Assembly: GCA_963588175.1 (NCBI GenBank)
Contig: CAVAGP010000002.1
Coordinates: 51,515-115,514 of the forward strand
From: Faecalibacillus sp.
GTDB lineage: Bacteria > Bacillota_I > Bacilli_A > RFN20 > CAG-826
Reading direction: 5' to 3'
Length of the DNA stretch: 64,000 nt
In this document: positions 51,725-61,122 of the stretch, piece by piece
Position numbering within the stretch: position 1 is the first letter of the stretch
How the letters are laid out: each line of letters starts with the position of its first letter
Translations under genes and position numbers: made by a program
Notes under the pieces: generated by a model
What the model was told of the DNA's origin: nothing
What the model saw: the letters and a program-made list of their open reading frames with translations, nothing else
Database searches by the model: none

Positions 51725-53251
51725 ATCAAAATCGCTACCAGATAGTCTTTGAGCTACAAGTGAATTTCCGTTCACCATGCATACATTAACTAAATGGCAG
51801 CACCATTTATCTGTTAAATCATTATTAACAGCGTTGAGAATAACATGTTCTGATCGGCAGATATGTGGATTGCGCTCGATCAGATATTCTCCATTAAACT
51901 TACCGTTCCGATTAAAAGTAAAGAACTCATCCTCTTTAAGGCAGCCAACCGGAGGCAGTCCTCCGATGTGTTCCATCAGCATAACAAGATCTGGAGCTTC
52001 AAATTTAAAACATGCTTTTAAATAGAGCTTTCCACACTTCATCTCATTGATGGTTTTATCAAGCAAAGACCTAACGTATTTATACGTTCCTTCTTCCTTA
52101 ATCATTTCTGAGTTCTTAACCAGAGCTTCCATATAAGGATTCATTCCTTTGTGACTGTCTGCAAACATACCAAGAAATACATAGAGGGCAATCTTGTCTC
52201 CGTTCAAGATTTTTTCCATCAGCTCACAGGAATCATTTGCAAGAGTTTGAAACTCTTCGTATGGCAAATCAAGATCCTGTAGTATTTGATAGTTACCTCT
52301 CGTATAAATTGGTTCTTCCTCCGCAGAGAAGTTCCACTTCGCGACACCAATACAGTGGTTATACTTCCGGAACATATTCCAATAATGTTCCCAGTCACGT
52401 TTGTCCTTATAATTCTTAAAGTATTTAATGCCCTTATACATAGACTCGCACATGATGATAGCAGGTTCAGCAGTAGGGGAGACATCATATTTTTTTCCCC
52501 ATACGTCTGTAATCTCTGTTATACCATGTTCCGCAAAAAAGTCTGTGTAATTCATTTCATGTGTAACTCCTTTAATAAAAGGAGCACGCCATAGAATAGA
52601 TGTTGGATCAGACTTTGCATCCAACATGCCTCTCACTGTATCTGTGATATCCGGGTGATGTATGCCGCAACCATCAAAGACATTTATCTTGATGTCTTGA
52701 GTGCCAGTTGCAATATCTTTCTGTTTCCACGGAAAAGGCTCTCCAGTCTCTTTATTTATTAAAGTCAGCTCTTTATCGTACACATACTTAATACGTTGCT
52801 GAGGGAGCACCTTTTCATAATCCGGAACAATGATAATTCTCGGATACCAATCTTCAAGACAGTGACATGATGACAACATCAACCCACGATAAGCATACCA
52901 TTTAGACAGTACAGTCTTATCAATATGCAAATCCATAGTTACTCGACGGGTTAGTTCTTCGCTAATAGACTCATCAACAAAAGATAAGATAGAGGTACGA
53001 ACCATGCTTGCAGAACGTTCTCCGACTACATAGTGTCGGTCTCCAATCCAAAGTCCTTCATGAACCAAACCAACCATTGCTTCTTTATGAGATTTACCGC
53101 CTTTACAATCAACAAAAATAATATAATCGTTATATTTGCCGATATCTCCAGTAATCAATCGTATCTGTCGGAATAACATATTGTCTTGCTGATTAATGTA
53201 GTAGCATCTCAAAAAATCTTCGTCGCCCGGAAGATGATTATTATTCTCCAT
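51725..53251 (-). CDS. RdRP/YonO-like (two-barrel) RNA polymerase, exon 1
   Basis: The C-terminal part EYLIERNPHICRSEHVILNAVNNDLTDKWCCHLVNVCMV...LSGSDFD matches the cellular RdRP/QDE-1/YonO pattern RNP...D..vl.AV....l.hl.nv.....(n)lsGgDxDGD. The spliced product is about 809 aa. Confidence 0.6.
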
Positions 53252-53301
53252 CAAGAGAGATAATTGAAACTTTTTTACTTTGTATAATGTAGGGGCGAAG
53301 A

Positions 53302-53460
53302 TTAAGCATCACCCCCATCACTATATTCAGAAATCATCTCATCGTAATCTCTGATCCTCAAAAGTAAATCTTGTTTATATTCTTCTTCTAAAATATCATC
53401 CAGTAACGTAACGTCGCCAGTCTCTTCATACGCTTCAAACAGTTCCTGTATCGTCTTCAA
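53302..53460 (-). CDS. 52-aa acidic hypothetical protein
   Basis: Below the ORF-track cutoff. TTG start with a GGAGTG SD. (M)KTIQELFEAYEETGDVTLLDDILEEEYKQDLLLRIRDYDEMISEYSDGGDA. Confidence 0.35.
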   Translation of the reverse strand: MKTIQELFEAYEETGDVTLLDDILEEEYKQDLLLRIRDYDEMISEYSDGGDA

Positions 53461-53920
53461 GATAGTTCACTCCGCAATGGTAAATGTTCGAAACGTTTGC
53501 CACTGGAGTGACTTTCGATTTCTTTTTATTTCTTTTGTCTAAGTATTCTTCCGTCCACTTGCAAACATTGTTCTCGCAAGGCTCCCAAGTTTTGATAAGA
53601 CTAAGTGCAGCGTGGACATTGACCTCAAGCCCCTTGTACATAGTCATCGGAATCACATTCGTCAGATAAAGATATTTTTGCAGTTCCTGCATGAGAGCAA
53701 CGTGCATAGCTCTATCATCAGAATAACCAACTCTAGCAAGCAGCTCTTTACAACGAGCACTTTTTGCCTCCGAAATACGCTGTGCGCTCTGTTTAGAAAT
53801 GAGACGGCGAGCCTTCTCTGCATACATCTCTTGCAGTTGTTCTTGCAATTCGAGTACCTGAGTATTCGACTCTACCAATGCCTGCTGAACGACTGCTAAA
53901 TCTCTGTAATCTTTACTCAT
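53435..53920 (-). CDS. Hypothetical protein
   Basis: 161-aa ORF with ATGA-type overlap with the upstream gene. Confidence 0.45.
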   Translation of the reverse strand: MSKDYRDLAVVQQALVESNTQVLELQEQLQEMYAEKARRLISKQSAQRISEAKSARCKELLARVGYSDDRAMHVALMQELQKYLYLTNVIPMTMYKGLEVNVHAALSLIKTWEPCENNVCKWTEEYLDKRNKKKSKVTPVANVSNIYHCGVNYLEDDTGTV

Positions 53921-55050
53921 TCAATTAATCCTCCATTTGTTAAATAATTCATAATTCCTGTTGCCCACGACGCAATCTGTTTTACGCTCTTAATGTAATC
54001 GGCCTTAACAGGTTCAGGCAATTCGCTGAGAGTATCGGTGATATAAGCATACCCACCAACACTAACTAAGAACTGACTACACTTAGATGCAAATAACATA
54101 GCATCAGCCGTTGATGATTCTTTATACTCTCTGAACTCGACTTGTTGACGATACATGCTGTTCTGTCGAGACAGGTCTCCAATGAGTTCTTTATCAAGGT
54201 GAGTTGCCTTAGCTTGTTCTTCAATACGCTGCTTTAATTGTTGATTTTCATCCTGCAACGATTCGTAGTCGTCCGGAACAATGGTCTTGACTTCTACGCG
54301 AACTTCCTGATTCTCAAGTTTCTGACACAATTCATCGTTTTCGTCCTGAGCATTTGCCAACTCTTGGCCCTTAACATTAAGCTGCTGTTCAAGCATGTGA
54401 ATCTTATCTACATATTCCTGCACCTGCTTTTGTGTCAGCTTGCTGGCAGAGGGAAGCATAGAGATAAGCTGTACCTGTTCGTCAACCGGAAGTCCTGCAA
54501 TTACACGAGAAGCAGTTGACGCAGAGATTTGTCCGGCTTCTACAGCATCTTGAATTTCCTTCGGAAGGGAAGCAAGAGTTTTTGCACGCTTCAAGGTATT
54601 CAAGTCAATACCCATTTGAGACGCGAGTTCTTTTTGCGTCATATCAGAAGTTCCATTGGAGCTTCTGAATTCTTCACTTTGTCTATCCCCACCATTTTTA
54701 ATTCCATAAATACGTTCTAACTCTTTAATTCGATTGCCCAACATAATTTGACTACCGCCGATTTCGCCGCGTTGACGAATGTTGGTTTCGATTAAGTCCT
54801 TTAGAATTGCATCGTCATTCTCATAAATACGAACTTCAGCAAGAATATCTTCAATACCTAATTTTTTACAAGCACGGACACGCTGATGTCCTGATACAAT
54901 TACTTTATCCTGCGTAACTACAATTGGTTCAATTACACCACTTGTTTTAATAGAATCAATAAATTCATTCCATTTGGCTCCTGACATGTCGTCAAAGAAC
55001 TCACAGTTACGGGGGTGTGGTTTTAATTCGCTGATTTTAATTTTTTGCAA
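53917..55050 (-). CDS. ParB-like nuclease-domain protein
   Basis: IKISELKPHPRNCEFFDDM...GVIEPIVVTQDKVIVSGHQRVRACKKLG is a ParB N-terminal/Srx-fold nuclease domain. An HTH-like middle is followed by a coiled coil. TTG start. Confidence 0.7.
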   Translation of the reverse strand: MQKIKISELKPHPRNCEFFDDMSGAKWNEFIDSIKTSGVIEPIVVTQDKVIVSGHQRVRACKKLGIEDILAEVRIYENDDAILKDLIETNIRQRGEIGGSQIMLGNRIKELERIYGIKNGGDRQSEEFRSSNGTSDMTQKELASQMGIDLNTLKRAKTLASLPKEIQDAVEAGQISASTASRVIAGLPVDEQVQLISMLPSASKLTQKQVQEYVDKIHMLEQQLNVKGQELANAQDENDELCQKLENQEVRVEVKTIVPDDYESLQDENQQLKQRIEEQAKATHLDKELIGDLSRQNSMYRQQVEFREYKESSTADAMLFASKCSQFLVSVGGYAYITDTLSELPEPVKADYIKSVKQIASWATGIMNYLTNGGLIE

Positions 55051-55054
55051 TTAA

Positions 55055-55260
55055 ATTCCTGCCACTCAAAATGTGTTTAAACATACTCAAACACATCGAG
55101 AAATTGAAGTCCTTACGGATACTTCTCACTGCTTCAATGTGTATGCTTTGGCGATTGCAAATAATGCGCTACTCACAAGTTCTTGTACACTCCGCAGTCG
55201 TTAATTCCCGAAATAGCCTTCGGTACATACTTACGTTTGCTTGATTATGCAATCTCGTAA
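55055..55260 (-). ncRNA. Candidate omega/reRNA of TnpB (3' end of element)
   Basis: Hairpins CCGAA-ggcuau-UUCGG and GAAGU-auccguaagg-ACUUC lie downstream of the tnpB stop. Placement is typical for the TnpB guide RNA scaffold. Boundaries are not determined. Confidence 0.35.
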
Positions 55261-56405
55261 GTTACAGCATCTTTTAGATTAAGGGCAGCATTGAAATCCC
55301 TATCTTCAATATAGCCACATGAACAACGATATGTTCTATCTGAAAGTTTTAAATCTTTCTTGATAGCACCACAGCAGTGACATATTTTGGATGATGGATA
55401 CCATCTATCTACAACCCTTAACTCAACACCATTATCATCACATTTTGCTTTTAGCTTAGTTCTAAATTTATAGAATTTCTGTGACGCAACAGCTTTTGAA
55501 AGATGCCTGTTCTTCATCATGCCTGATACGTTCAAATCTTCAATAACTATATAAGATGGCTTGGTTTTCACTATCTCGGCTATTGTTTTATTGATATAGT
55601 CCGTGCGAATATTATTTATCTTATGATGAAGTCTTTGTACTTTAAGCTTCTGTTTTTGTATATTCTTTTGAGTAGACTCTCCTTTCTTTAAATTCTCATA
55701 TTTACGTGAGAGACATCTTTGTTCTCTACGCAATTTCTTTTCCAATTTTTTGACTCTTGCTGACTTATTGATATTTTTATAAGTTTTGCCGTTAGAAACA
55801 ATCGCTAAGTCTTTCAAGCCTAGGTCAATCCCCACACCATCGCCATTATTGTTAGCAATTTTAGTATCGGGAATTTCTACAAGAGCTGATACATAGTATC
55901 TACCTGCTTTGATGGATACTGTCCCGCTTCTGATTTTCCATCCGTCTTTAGTTGTTGGTATATAGCCTTTTTCTTTAATGCGTACCCAGCCTAAAGTCGG
56001 TATGTTTAATCTATGTCTCTCGCATCTACAATCTTTGGGATTGTTTCTTACGAAATACATTTTTACATCAGACTTACCTTTCTTTTTGAAATTAGGAAAA
56101 GCACTTTGATGTTTAAAAAATCTTGTAAATGCAGTACATCCATCTTCAATAGACTTTTTTACAGCTTTTGAAGACACTTCCTTAATCCATACTTTGTCGG
56201 GATTATTTGGAATGTATTCGTTGTTAAGCCATACACTAAAGTCTTTGCCCGACATAAATCTCTCGCCTTTATCATGCAAAGCCTTGTTGTGGCCAAGATA
56301 GAAGTTATAGACGTATCTACAAATGCCAATAGTCTTGTCGATCTTGACTTTCTGCTCGACTGTTGGATTTATTTCCGTTTTGAAGCTTTTTAGTAATTTC
56401 CTCAT
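55245..56405 (-). CDS. tnpB: TnpB (IS605 OrfB) RNA-guided endonuclease
   Basis: RuvC-I GIDLGLKDLA, RuvC-II YIVIEDLNV, zinc finger SSKICHCCG...YRCSCG, and RuvC-III DRDFNAALNL. Confidence 0.85.
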   Translation of the reverse strand: MRKLLKSFKTEINPTVEQKVKIDKTIGICRYVYNFYLGHNKALHDKGERFMSGKDFSVWLNNEYIPNNPDKVWIKEVSSKAVKKSIEDGCTAFTRFFKHQSAFPNFKKKGKSDVKMYFVRNNPKDCRCERHRLNIPTLGWVRIKEKGYIPTTKDGWKIRSGTVSIKAGRYYVSALVEIPDTKIANNNGDGVGIDLGLKDLAIVSNGKTYKNINKSARVKKLEKKLRREQRCLSRKYENLKKGESTQKNIQKQKLKVQRLHHKINNIRTDYINKTIAEIVKTKPSYIVIEDLNVSGMMKNRHLSKAVASQKFYKFRTKLKAKCDDNGVELRVVDRWYPSSKICHCCGAIKKDLKLSDRTYRCSCGYIEDRDFNAALNLKDAVTYEIA

Positions 56406-56514
56406 CTCCTTATATTTGTTTTTTTACACTTACGAAGACCGTACAATCTACAAAAGAAAATGTGAGGTATGGATACAATATCCTGTAATCACTATTGTCA
56501 ATACTTTTAATTAC

Positions 56515-56910
56515 TTATACCTTCTCCTTTTCAAGTAACTCCTTAACAATATCCGTCCGTTCATAATAACAACGGTCTGTCTTCGACCGCTCGACTTTAC
56601 GAACAGCTCCTAATAATTGTTGCAACGAAGAGATACATCTCTTATTTTCTTCTGCCCAATCAACGATAGGGGAGAGAATTTCCGAACCGTCTTTTGAAAG
56701 TCTTCTCTTCTGTCGAATACCCGGCAATGCGTCGCACAGTTTTTTACGATCCAAATAACAATCATTGACCAATTCCAACCGATGTAAAATATCTTGAGTC
56801 TCTTCTTCCATCAATTTGGCGTCAGCATCAAAGATATGCAACTGAGTCTCACAATCATTAAGCCATTTTAAAAAGTCAGAGAGTATTTCACTCGGCAATT
56901 TATCTCGCAT
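56515..56910 (-). CDS. Hypothetical early protein
   Basis: 131-aa ORF in the packed same-strand array. Confidence 0.45.
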   Translation of the reverse strand: MRDKLPSEILSDFLKWLNDCETQLHIFDADAKLMEEETQDILHRLELVNDCYLDRKKLCDALPGIRQKRRLSKDGSEILSPIVDWAEENKRCISSLQQLLGAVRKVERSKTDRCYYERTDIVKELLEKEKV

Positions 56911-57178
56911 TGTCGCCCTCCTTATCTAATGAGGCTAAAAACTTTTTCACTAAGATAACCGCTTGCTGTTTCGGAAAGTCGTCATTAGATGCGTCAACAA
57001 TTTCTGCCATCTCAAGCATTCGATCTCCCAGTGCTTCTTCGTCCGAGTAATCTATATCAAAACAACTCGTCACAAAAATCTTGTGGGAAGCATCTAGCAG
57101 TGCTTCCTTTAATTCATTAACTTCGCTCTGCGTCAAACCCTTATCACTTTCTGTGCAAAGCATTGCATTCAGCAACAC
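56900..57178 (-). CDS. Hypothetical early protein
   Basis: 92-aa ORF that overlaps the downstream gene. Confidence 0.4.
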   Translation of the reverse strand: MLLNAMLCTESDKGLTQSEVNELKEALLDASHKIFVTSCFDIDYSDEEALGDRMLEMAEIVDASNDDFPKQQAVILVKKFLASLDKEGDNAR

Positions 57179-57403
57179 CTGTAGAGATGCAACTTGAATA
57201 TACGTGAATCTATTAGCACAGTTGTCTAAGTCTTCGTTTAATTGTTGTATTTTCTTGTGGTTAAAGATATTTGATCGTTCCTTTCGTCTGAAATATCCAT
57301 ACTGATTGTACCATACTTAAACCAGAATTGCAATATAATTCTAAAAGAAATTTGAGCAAATAAAAAAGCAGCCCCGCCAATCAGCAGGACTGCTCTACAA
57401 ATA

Positions 57404-57781
57404 TTATTTTACAGGATCGTCCATAAAGTTCAAATCATCTAAACTCATATCTGTAACCTTTGATATGATACTCAACTCATCATCAGTGAGTGTCCCTGCT
57501 TTTAGCTTTTTGCAAAACAAAGCATAGGCACCGTTGTATCCGCGTTCATGCATCAATCCATGTAACTTTTGAATAGAAGCTTCACTGTCAAGAATCCACT
57601 GCCGAATAGCGGGGTAGCGCATCTTGCCATAATAACGATCTCCTTTAATAGAATCATGCAAAATCCTATGAACGTTCTGTCGCGTCGTATGATACTTAAC
57701 AGCAATATCGGTAAAACTATAACCATTCAATCGCATTGTATACATATCAATCTTCTGTTGTTTAGATATATATTTATTCAC
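57404..57781 (-). CDS. HTH-domain protein (sigma region-4 / resolvase-HTH-like), regulator candidate
   Basis: MRLNGYSFTDIAVKYHTTRQNVHRIL has a helix-turn-helix pattern. Confidence 0.5.
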   Translation of the reverse strand: MNKYISKQQKIDMYTMRLNGYSFTDIAVKYHTTRQNVHRILHDSIKGDRYYGKMRYPAIRQWILDSEASIQKLHGLMHERGYNGAYALFCKKLKAGTLTDDELSIISKVTDMSLDDLNFMDDPVK

Positions 57782-57989
57782 TCATTGTCTCCTCCAGTAA
57801 TTCTTCCAATCTGTCTGCGGCTGCGCCAGTAAGTGCTTCAACGCATTCCCAGCCATACTTATCATAAAACAAACATTTTTGTCTGCTACAGTCAAGTGAA
57901 TCTGAACTTGTGCTACAAAGCCTTAGTGCCTTAATCAATTCTGTATCTGTCACAATTATTACCTCTTTCACGCAGTAAGGTGCCTTCAT
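57774..57989 (-). CDS. Hypothetical small protein
   Basis: 71-aa ORF in the packed array. Confidence 0.4.
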   Translation of the reverse strand: MKAPYCVKEVIIVTDTELIKALRLCSTSSDSLDCSRQKCLFYDKYGWECVEALTGAAADRLEELLEETMSE

Positions 57990-57997
57990 TGTAAAAC

Positions 57998-58345
57998 TTA
58001 ATCACGATTGTCCTCCTTAAAAAACTCATCCAAGTCGAACCATTTATCCTTCATGATGTTTCCGACCCTATCAACATAACTTCCCCATCCAGTATCCTCG
58101 AAACGAATATACTGACCTTTTAAATTCTCCCACTTCGAAACACCAACAACATCTAACAAAATCGAAATTGACTCCATAGCTTTAGATGAAAATCTTCTGG
58201 TTTTAGTTTCCTCATCATATTCATCAAGGGCGCGGCAGCCAAAACTAAAGCTTCCGAAATTTGCCTCAACAGTAATCATCCATGTCATGATTCCATGATC
58301 CTCTCTACCAAGCATTGTACTCACAATTCGTCCATTCTTAATCAT
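57998..58345 (-). CDS. Hypothetical protein
   Basis: Start moved to ATG 58345 (TGGAGGA SD). Confidence 0.45.
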   Translation of the reverse strand: MIKNGRIVSTMLGREDHGIMTWMITVEANFGSFSFGCRALDEYDEETKTRRFSSKAMESISILLDVVGVSKWENLKGQYIRFEDTGWGSYVDRVGNIMKDKWFDLDEFFKEDNRD

Positions 58346-58361
58346 TAATAATTTCCTCCAA

Positions 58362-59039
58362 TCACGGTAGCAGGGGAGTCGCATCTGTGCTACGATCCGA
58401 CCTTTTATACATCAAGTCAGTATACTCAGTATCAATAATCTCAACGTCATAATATTTACAACGACAATCCTGCATCACAGGAGTGATCGTTAATCTATAC
58501 CCATTCGACAGTAAAGTGTTGATAAAATTCCAAAATGAATTACCAGCATCCATACGTAAACACTTCTTTTTAATTGGCTTCTTTTCTTCGTTCATTACAG
58601 GCTCCTTTGATTTTAATTTAGACTTTGCATAATCAGTCAGTTTATCACCGAGATATGTTGTATTCCAACATTCTACACAAGTCAGTCCATAGTAACTCTT
58701 ACAGACAGAAGAAGTAAGCGCTCCTTCAAAGAAGTCGCCGGGGCAACCAAAAAGATAATCATACACATCACCTTCTAAATTGTCATCAACCCACTGCCGA
58801 TAAGTAATAGATGATTTATCTTTGCAACGCAACTGTTTTGCAGCATCTGTCAAATCTAATTGTGCAAAGACTTGCTGATTCCAGCAAGTATCACAGTCAT
58901 CGCCAAAAGGACATATACCCATACCATCTGTTTTTACTGCACCTTTGAAATAATATCCCGGACAACAACGTACTTCACCATCATATTTTTCGTCTACTTC
59001 GTTAGGTAGAAGTTCTTTAATTTTTTGCTTGTAAGTCAT
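58362..59039 (-). CDS. Cys-rich protein with internally duplicated CPG..F.GA...C...C..CWN module
   Basis: Start moved to ATG 59039 (ATGA overlap with the upstream stop). The two modules are CCPGYYFKGAVKTDGMGICPFGDDCDTCWNQQ and GCPGDFFEGALTSSVCKSYYGLTCVECWNTT. Confidence 0.45.
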   Translation of the reverse strand: MTYKQKIKELLPNEVDEKYDGEVRCCPGYYFKGAVKTDGMGICPFGDDCDTCWNQQVFAQLDLTDAAKQLRCKDKSSITYRQWVDDNLEGDVYDYLFGCPGDFFEGALTSSVCKSYYGLTCVECWNTTYLGDKLTDYAKSKLKSKEPVMNEEKKPIKKKCLRMDAGNSFWNFINTLLSNGYRLTITPVMQDCRCKYYDVEIIDTEYTDLMYKRSDRSTDATPLLP

Positions 59040-59362
59040 ACTAGCCACCAAGTCCCCTGATATGTGTCGCAGTATTCTTGCGCGGAACAATTAGTACAAT
59101 CGCGCATCCAGTTTGGATCGCATGGAAATCCGAAATCCTTAACTAACACAAGACGATCTTCTGGCTCATACCAATCAAGATCAGTTTTACCATCACGATA
59201 ATATTTATCTGCTTCTTTACAACGATGAACTTCAATGTCTATATATCTTACACCATTACACGCATCGGTCAACTGCGCAGTTACACGAGCTTTTTCACGA
59301 ATCTCGGCGAAAACAATAGCAGCTTCAAATCCGCCTCGTTCTTTAACTTTCCATGCCTTCAT
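59036..59362 (-). CDS. Hypothetical protein
   Basis: 108-aa ORF in the packed array. Confidence 0.45.
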   Translation of the reverse strand: MKAWKVKERGGFEAAIVFAEIREKARVTAQLTDACNGVRYIDIEVHRCKEADKYYRDGKTDLDWYEPEDRLVLVKDFGFPCDPNWMRDCTNCSAQEYCDTYQGTWWLV

Positions 59363-59565
59363 TATAGCTTGCCTCCTTCAGTCTTCAGATAAATATCCAA
59401 CACCTGAAGCGCGTCTCCAACCTTGATCTTATGTTTTCTGGCTATAGTGGATGCTGCATCAATCAGACTATCAATATCCAACTTATACTTCCAACATCCA
59501 TCAGGTCTCGCGAGATGAGATCCATACCTCGCACATCCTCGGCATAGTTCGCATTTAACATTCAT
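59362..59565 (-). CDS. Hypothetical small protein
   Basis: 67-aa ORF in the packed array. Confidence 0.4.
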   Translation of the reverse strand: MNVKCELCRGCARYGSHLARPDGCWKYKLDIDSLIDAASTIARKHKIKVGDALQVLDIYLKTEGGKL

Positions 59566-59566
59566 A

Positions 59567-59749
59567 TCAATCCTCCAAGTACCGCAAAGATAGTATCATC
59601 TCTTCGTCTATGTGCTCTTGAGCCAACTCTAAACAATAATGGACCCTTGCAAAAGTTCTGTCTTTAGCTGGAAGTTCTCTTATTATGTGGTGAACAACTT
59701 GCTTTGCAATTGCTTCATAAACCGGCAAGTCTGTTGATGATATCGTCAC
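59567..59749 (-). CDS. Hypothetical small protein
   Basis: 60-aa ORF in the packed array. Confidence 0.35.
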   Translation of the reverse strand: MTISSTDLPVYEAIAKQVVHHIIRELPAKDRTFARVHYCLELAQEHIDEEMILSLRYLED

Positions 59750-59958
59750 AGCACAGTTACCTCCATCTTATAATTATTAAAAGCCTCAACGACGGCTGTC
59801 TTATCAAACTCATGTCCTCGCCCATCATCTAGTGAGACGGCAGGATAGTTACAACCCTCTGTCTTCATATAAAGATCTCCCGAATATCGGAACAGATCAC
59901 CTGCATGTAATTTTTCAAATACAACAAGTGAGATTTTCTCTGTAACTACAATGTTCAT
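59746..59958 (-). CDS. Hypothetical small protein
   Basis: 70-aa ORF. It resembles the next ORF (both carry ...KAGD(L/V)F(R/A)Y...). Confidence 0.4.
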   Translation of the reverse strand: MNIVVTEKISLVVFEKLHAGDLFRYSGDLYMKTEGCNYPAVSLDDGRGHEFDKTAVVEAFNNYKMEVTVL

Positions 59959-59961
59959 TAT

Positions 59962-60165
59962 TCAACCTCCCAAACAGCAATAAGCATTTTCATAATATTC
60001 AACCGCATCGTCAGCGTCGAATAACATAGTCATGCCAGTTTCGAGTTCTACTGCTCTTAGATCGTTACCGCTCAAACGCAAATGAATCACAGTGTCATAT
60101 GCAAATACATCGCCAGCTTTTAATGTATCAAATCTACACGTTTTGCCTTGAGACTTAATCTTCAT
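59962..60165 (-). CDS. Hypothetical small protein (paralog-like of 59746..59958)
   Basis: 67-aa ORF with a shared LKAGDVFAYD / LHAGDLFRYS block. Confidence 0.4.
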   Translation of the reverse strand: MKIKSQGKTCRFDTLKAGDVFAYDTVIHLRLSGNDLRAVELETGMTMLFDADDAVEYYENAYCCLGG

Positions 60166-60383
60166 TTTGTTCCCTCCACCGGAATAATATCTGGAATATT
60201 ATCTAAAGGTTTAAATCTATCTAACCTATAGTCATCTAATACAAAGTCTAACAATTCCATTATGTCTCGTGTCTGTATTGCCTCATACACATCGGCAGCA
60301 GAGTCTGCTTCGATGATTCCTTGCATACGTCCGAACCGGATGTTTCCCGTCGCATAGCCCGGAATATTCACAAAAAATTTCAT
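60162..60383 (-). CDS. Hypothetical small protein
   Basis: 73-aa ORF in the packed array. Confidence 0.4.
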   Translation of the reverse strand: MKFFVNIPGYATGNIRFGRMQGIIEADSAADVYEAIQTRDIMELLDFVLDDYRLDRFKPLDNIPDIIPVEGTK

Positions 60384-60386
60384 AAC

Positions 60387-60671
60387 TTATTCCCTCCTTA
60401 GCGCAGTCCGGAATCGAATATTCGGTCCGCAAAAAGATTCGTCGAACCCATTAAGCGTCCATCTGTCTGGAATATCCAAAGCTCTCAAGCACTCAAACAT
60501 ATTGAACATAGCAACAAAAGCTTTGTCGTTTTCAGAATCATTTCGACTCGAATCAATCTGTGCTCTTAAAATTGGAAGCTGTTTTGATATATCATGTATA
60601 TCTTCCTCAATCATATCCAAGAAATAATGTTGTTTTTGCTTTGTATAAAACAATTTCTCAGCTTCATTCAT
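60387..60671 (-). CDS. Hypothetical small protein
   Basis: 94-aa ORF. It resembles the next ORF (both carry ...H.I.KQLP.LR...). Confidence 0.4.
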   Translation of the reverse strand: MNEAEKLFYTKQKQHYFLDMIEEDIHDISKQLPILRAQIDSSRNDSENDKAFVAMFNMFECLRALDIPDRWTLNGFDESFCGPNIRFRTALRRE

Positions 60672-60677
60672 AGAATA

Positions 60678-60947
60678 TCACCCCTTCATATCCAAAACTT
60701 CCAATTCATCAAACACCGCTACCATCTCAAGTACTATTGCAATCAGCCGCAGAATATGCGGCGCATCATTGACCTTCTCTCTCAACTCCGGTAACTGCTT
60801 CAATATATTATGAGCATCGGATTCAACCGCGTCCAACTGATCGTTGAAAAACTTTTTTGCTGAGTCAAGTGATTCAGCGTATGCTTCAGCATTTGTGTTC
60901 GCAGGTATCACTGCTGACAAGTCGTTAATTAATTTAAACTCATTCAT
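60678..60947 (-). CDS. Hypothetical small protein (paralog-like of 60387..60671)
   Basis: 89-aa ORF with a shared DIHDISKQLPILRAQI / DAHNILKQLPELREKV block. Confidence 0.4.
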   Translation of the reverse strand: MNEFKLINDLSAVIPANTNAEAYAESLDSAKKFFNDQLDAVESDAHNILKQLPELREKVNDAPHILRLIAIVLEMVAVFDELEVLDMKG

Positions 60948-61122
60948 CGTACATATTCTCCTTTATTATTAGTATACTTTTAGACATTGATTACATGTAA
61001 ATTCTTATAGTTAATTACCTATATAACCTACCAATTATATAGGTCGGACGGACAAAGGCGGAGGCTCGCACTAAGCCTGAACATGCTATCTAAGGTCGGA
61101 CATCTCCGGAGTATATATAATA

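Larger units (their letters stand above)
55055..56500 (-). mobile_element. IS200/IS605-family tnpB-only element (IS1341-like); ends approximate
   Basis: A TnpB ORF with about 190 nt of structured 3' flank and about 100 nt of 5' flank carrying the small hairpin GGAUA-caa-UAUCC. No TnpA is present. Confidence 0.6.
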
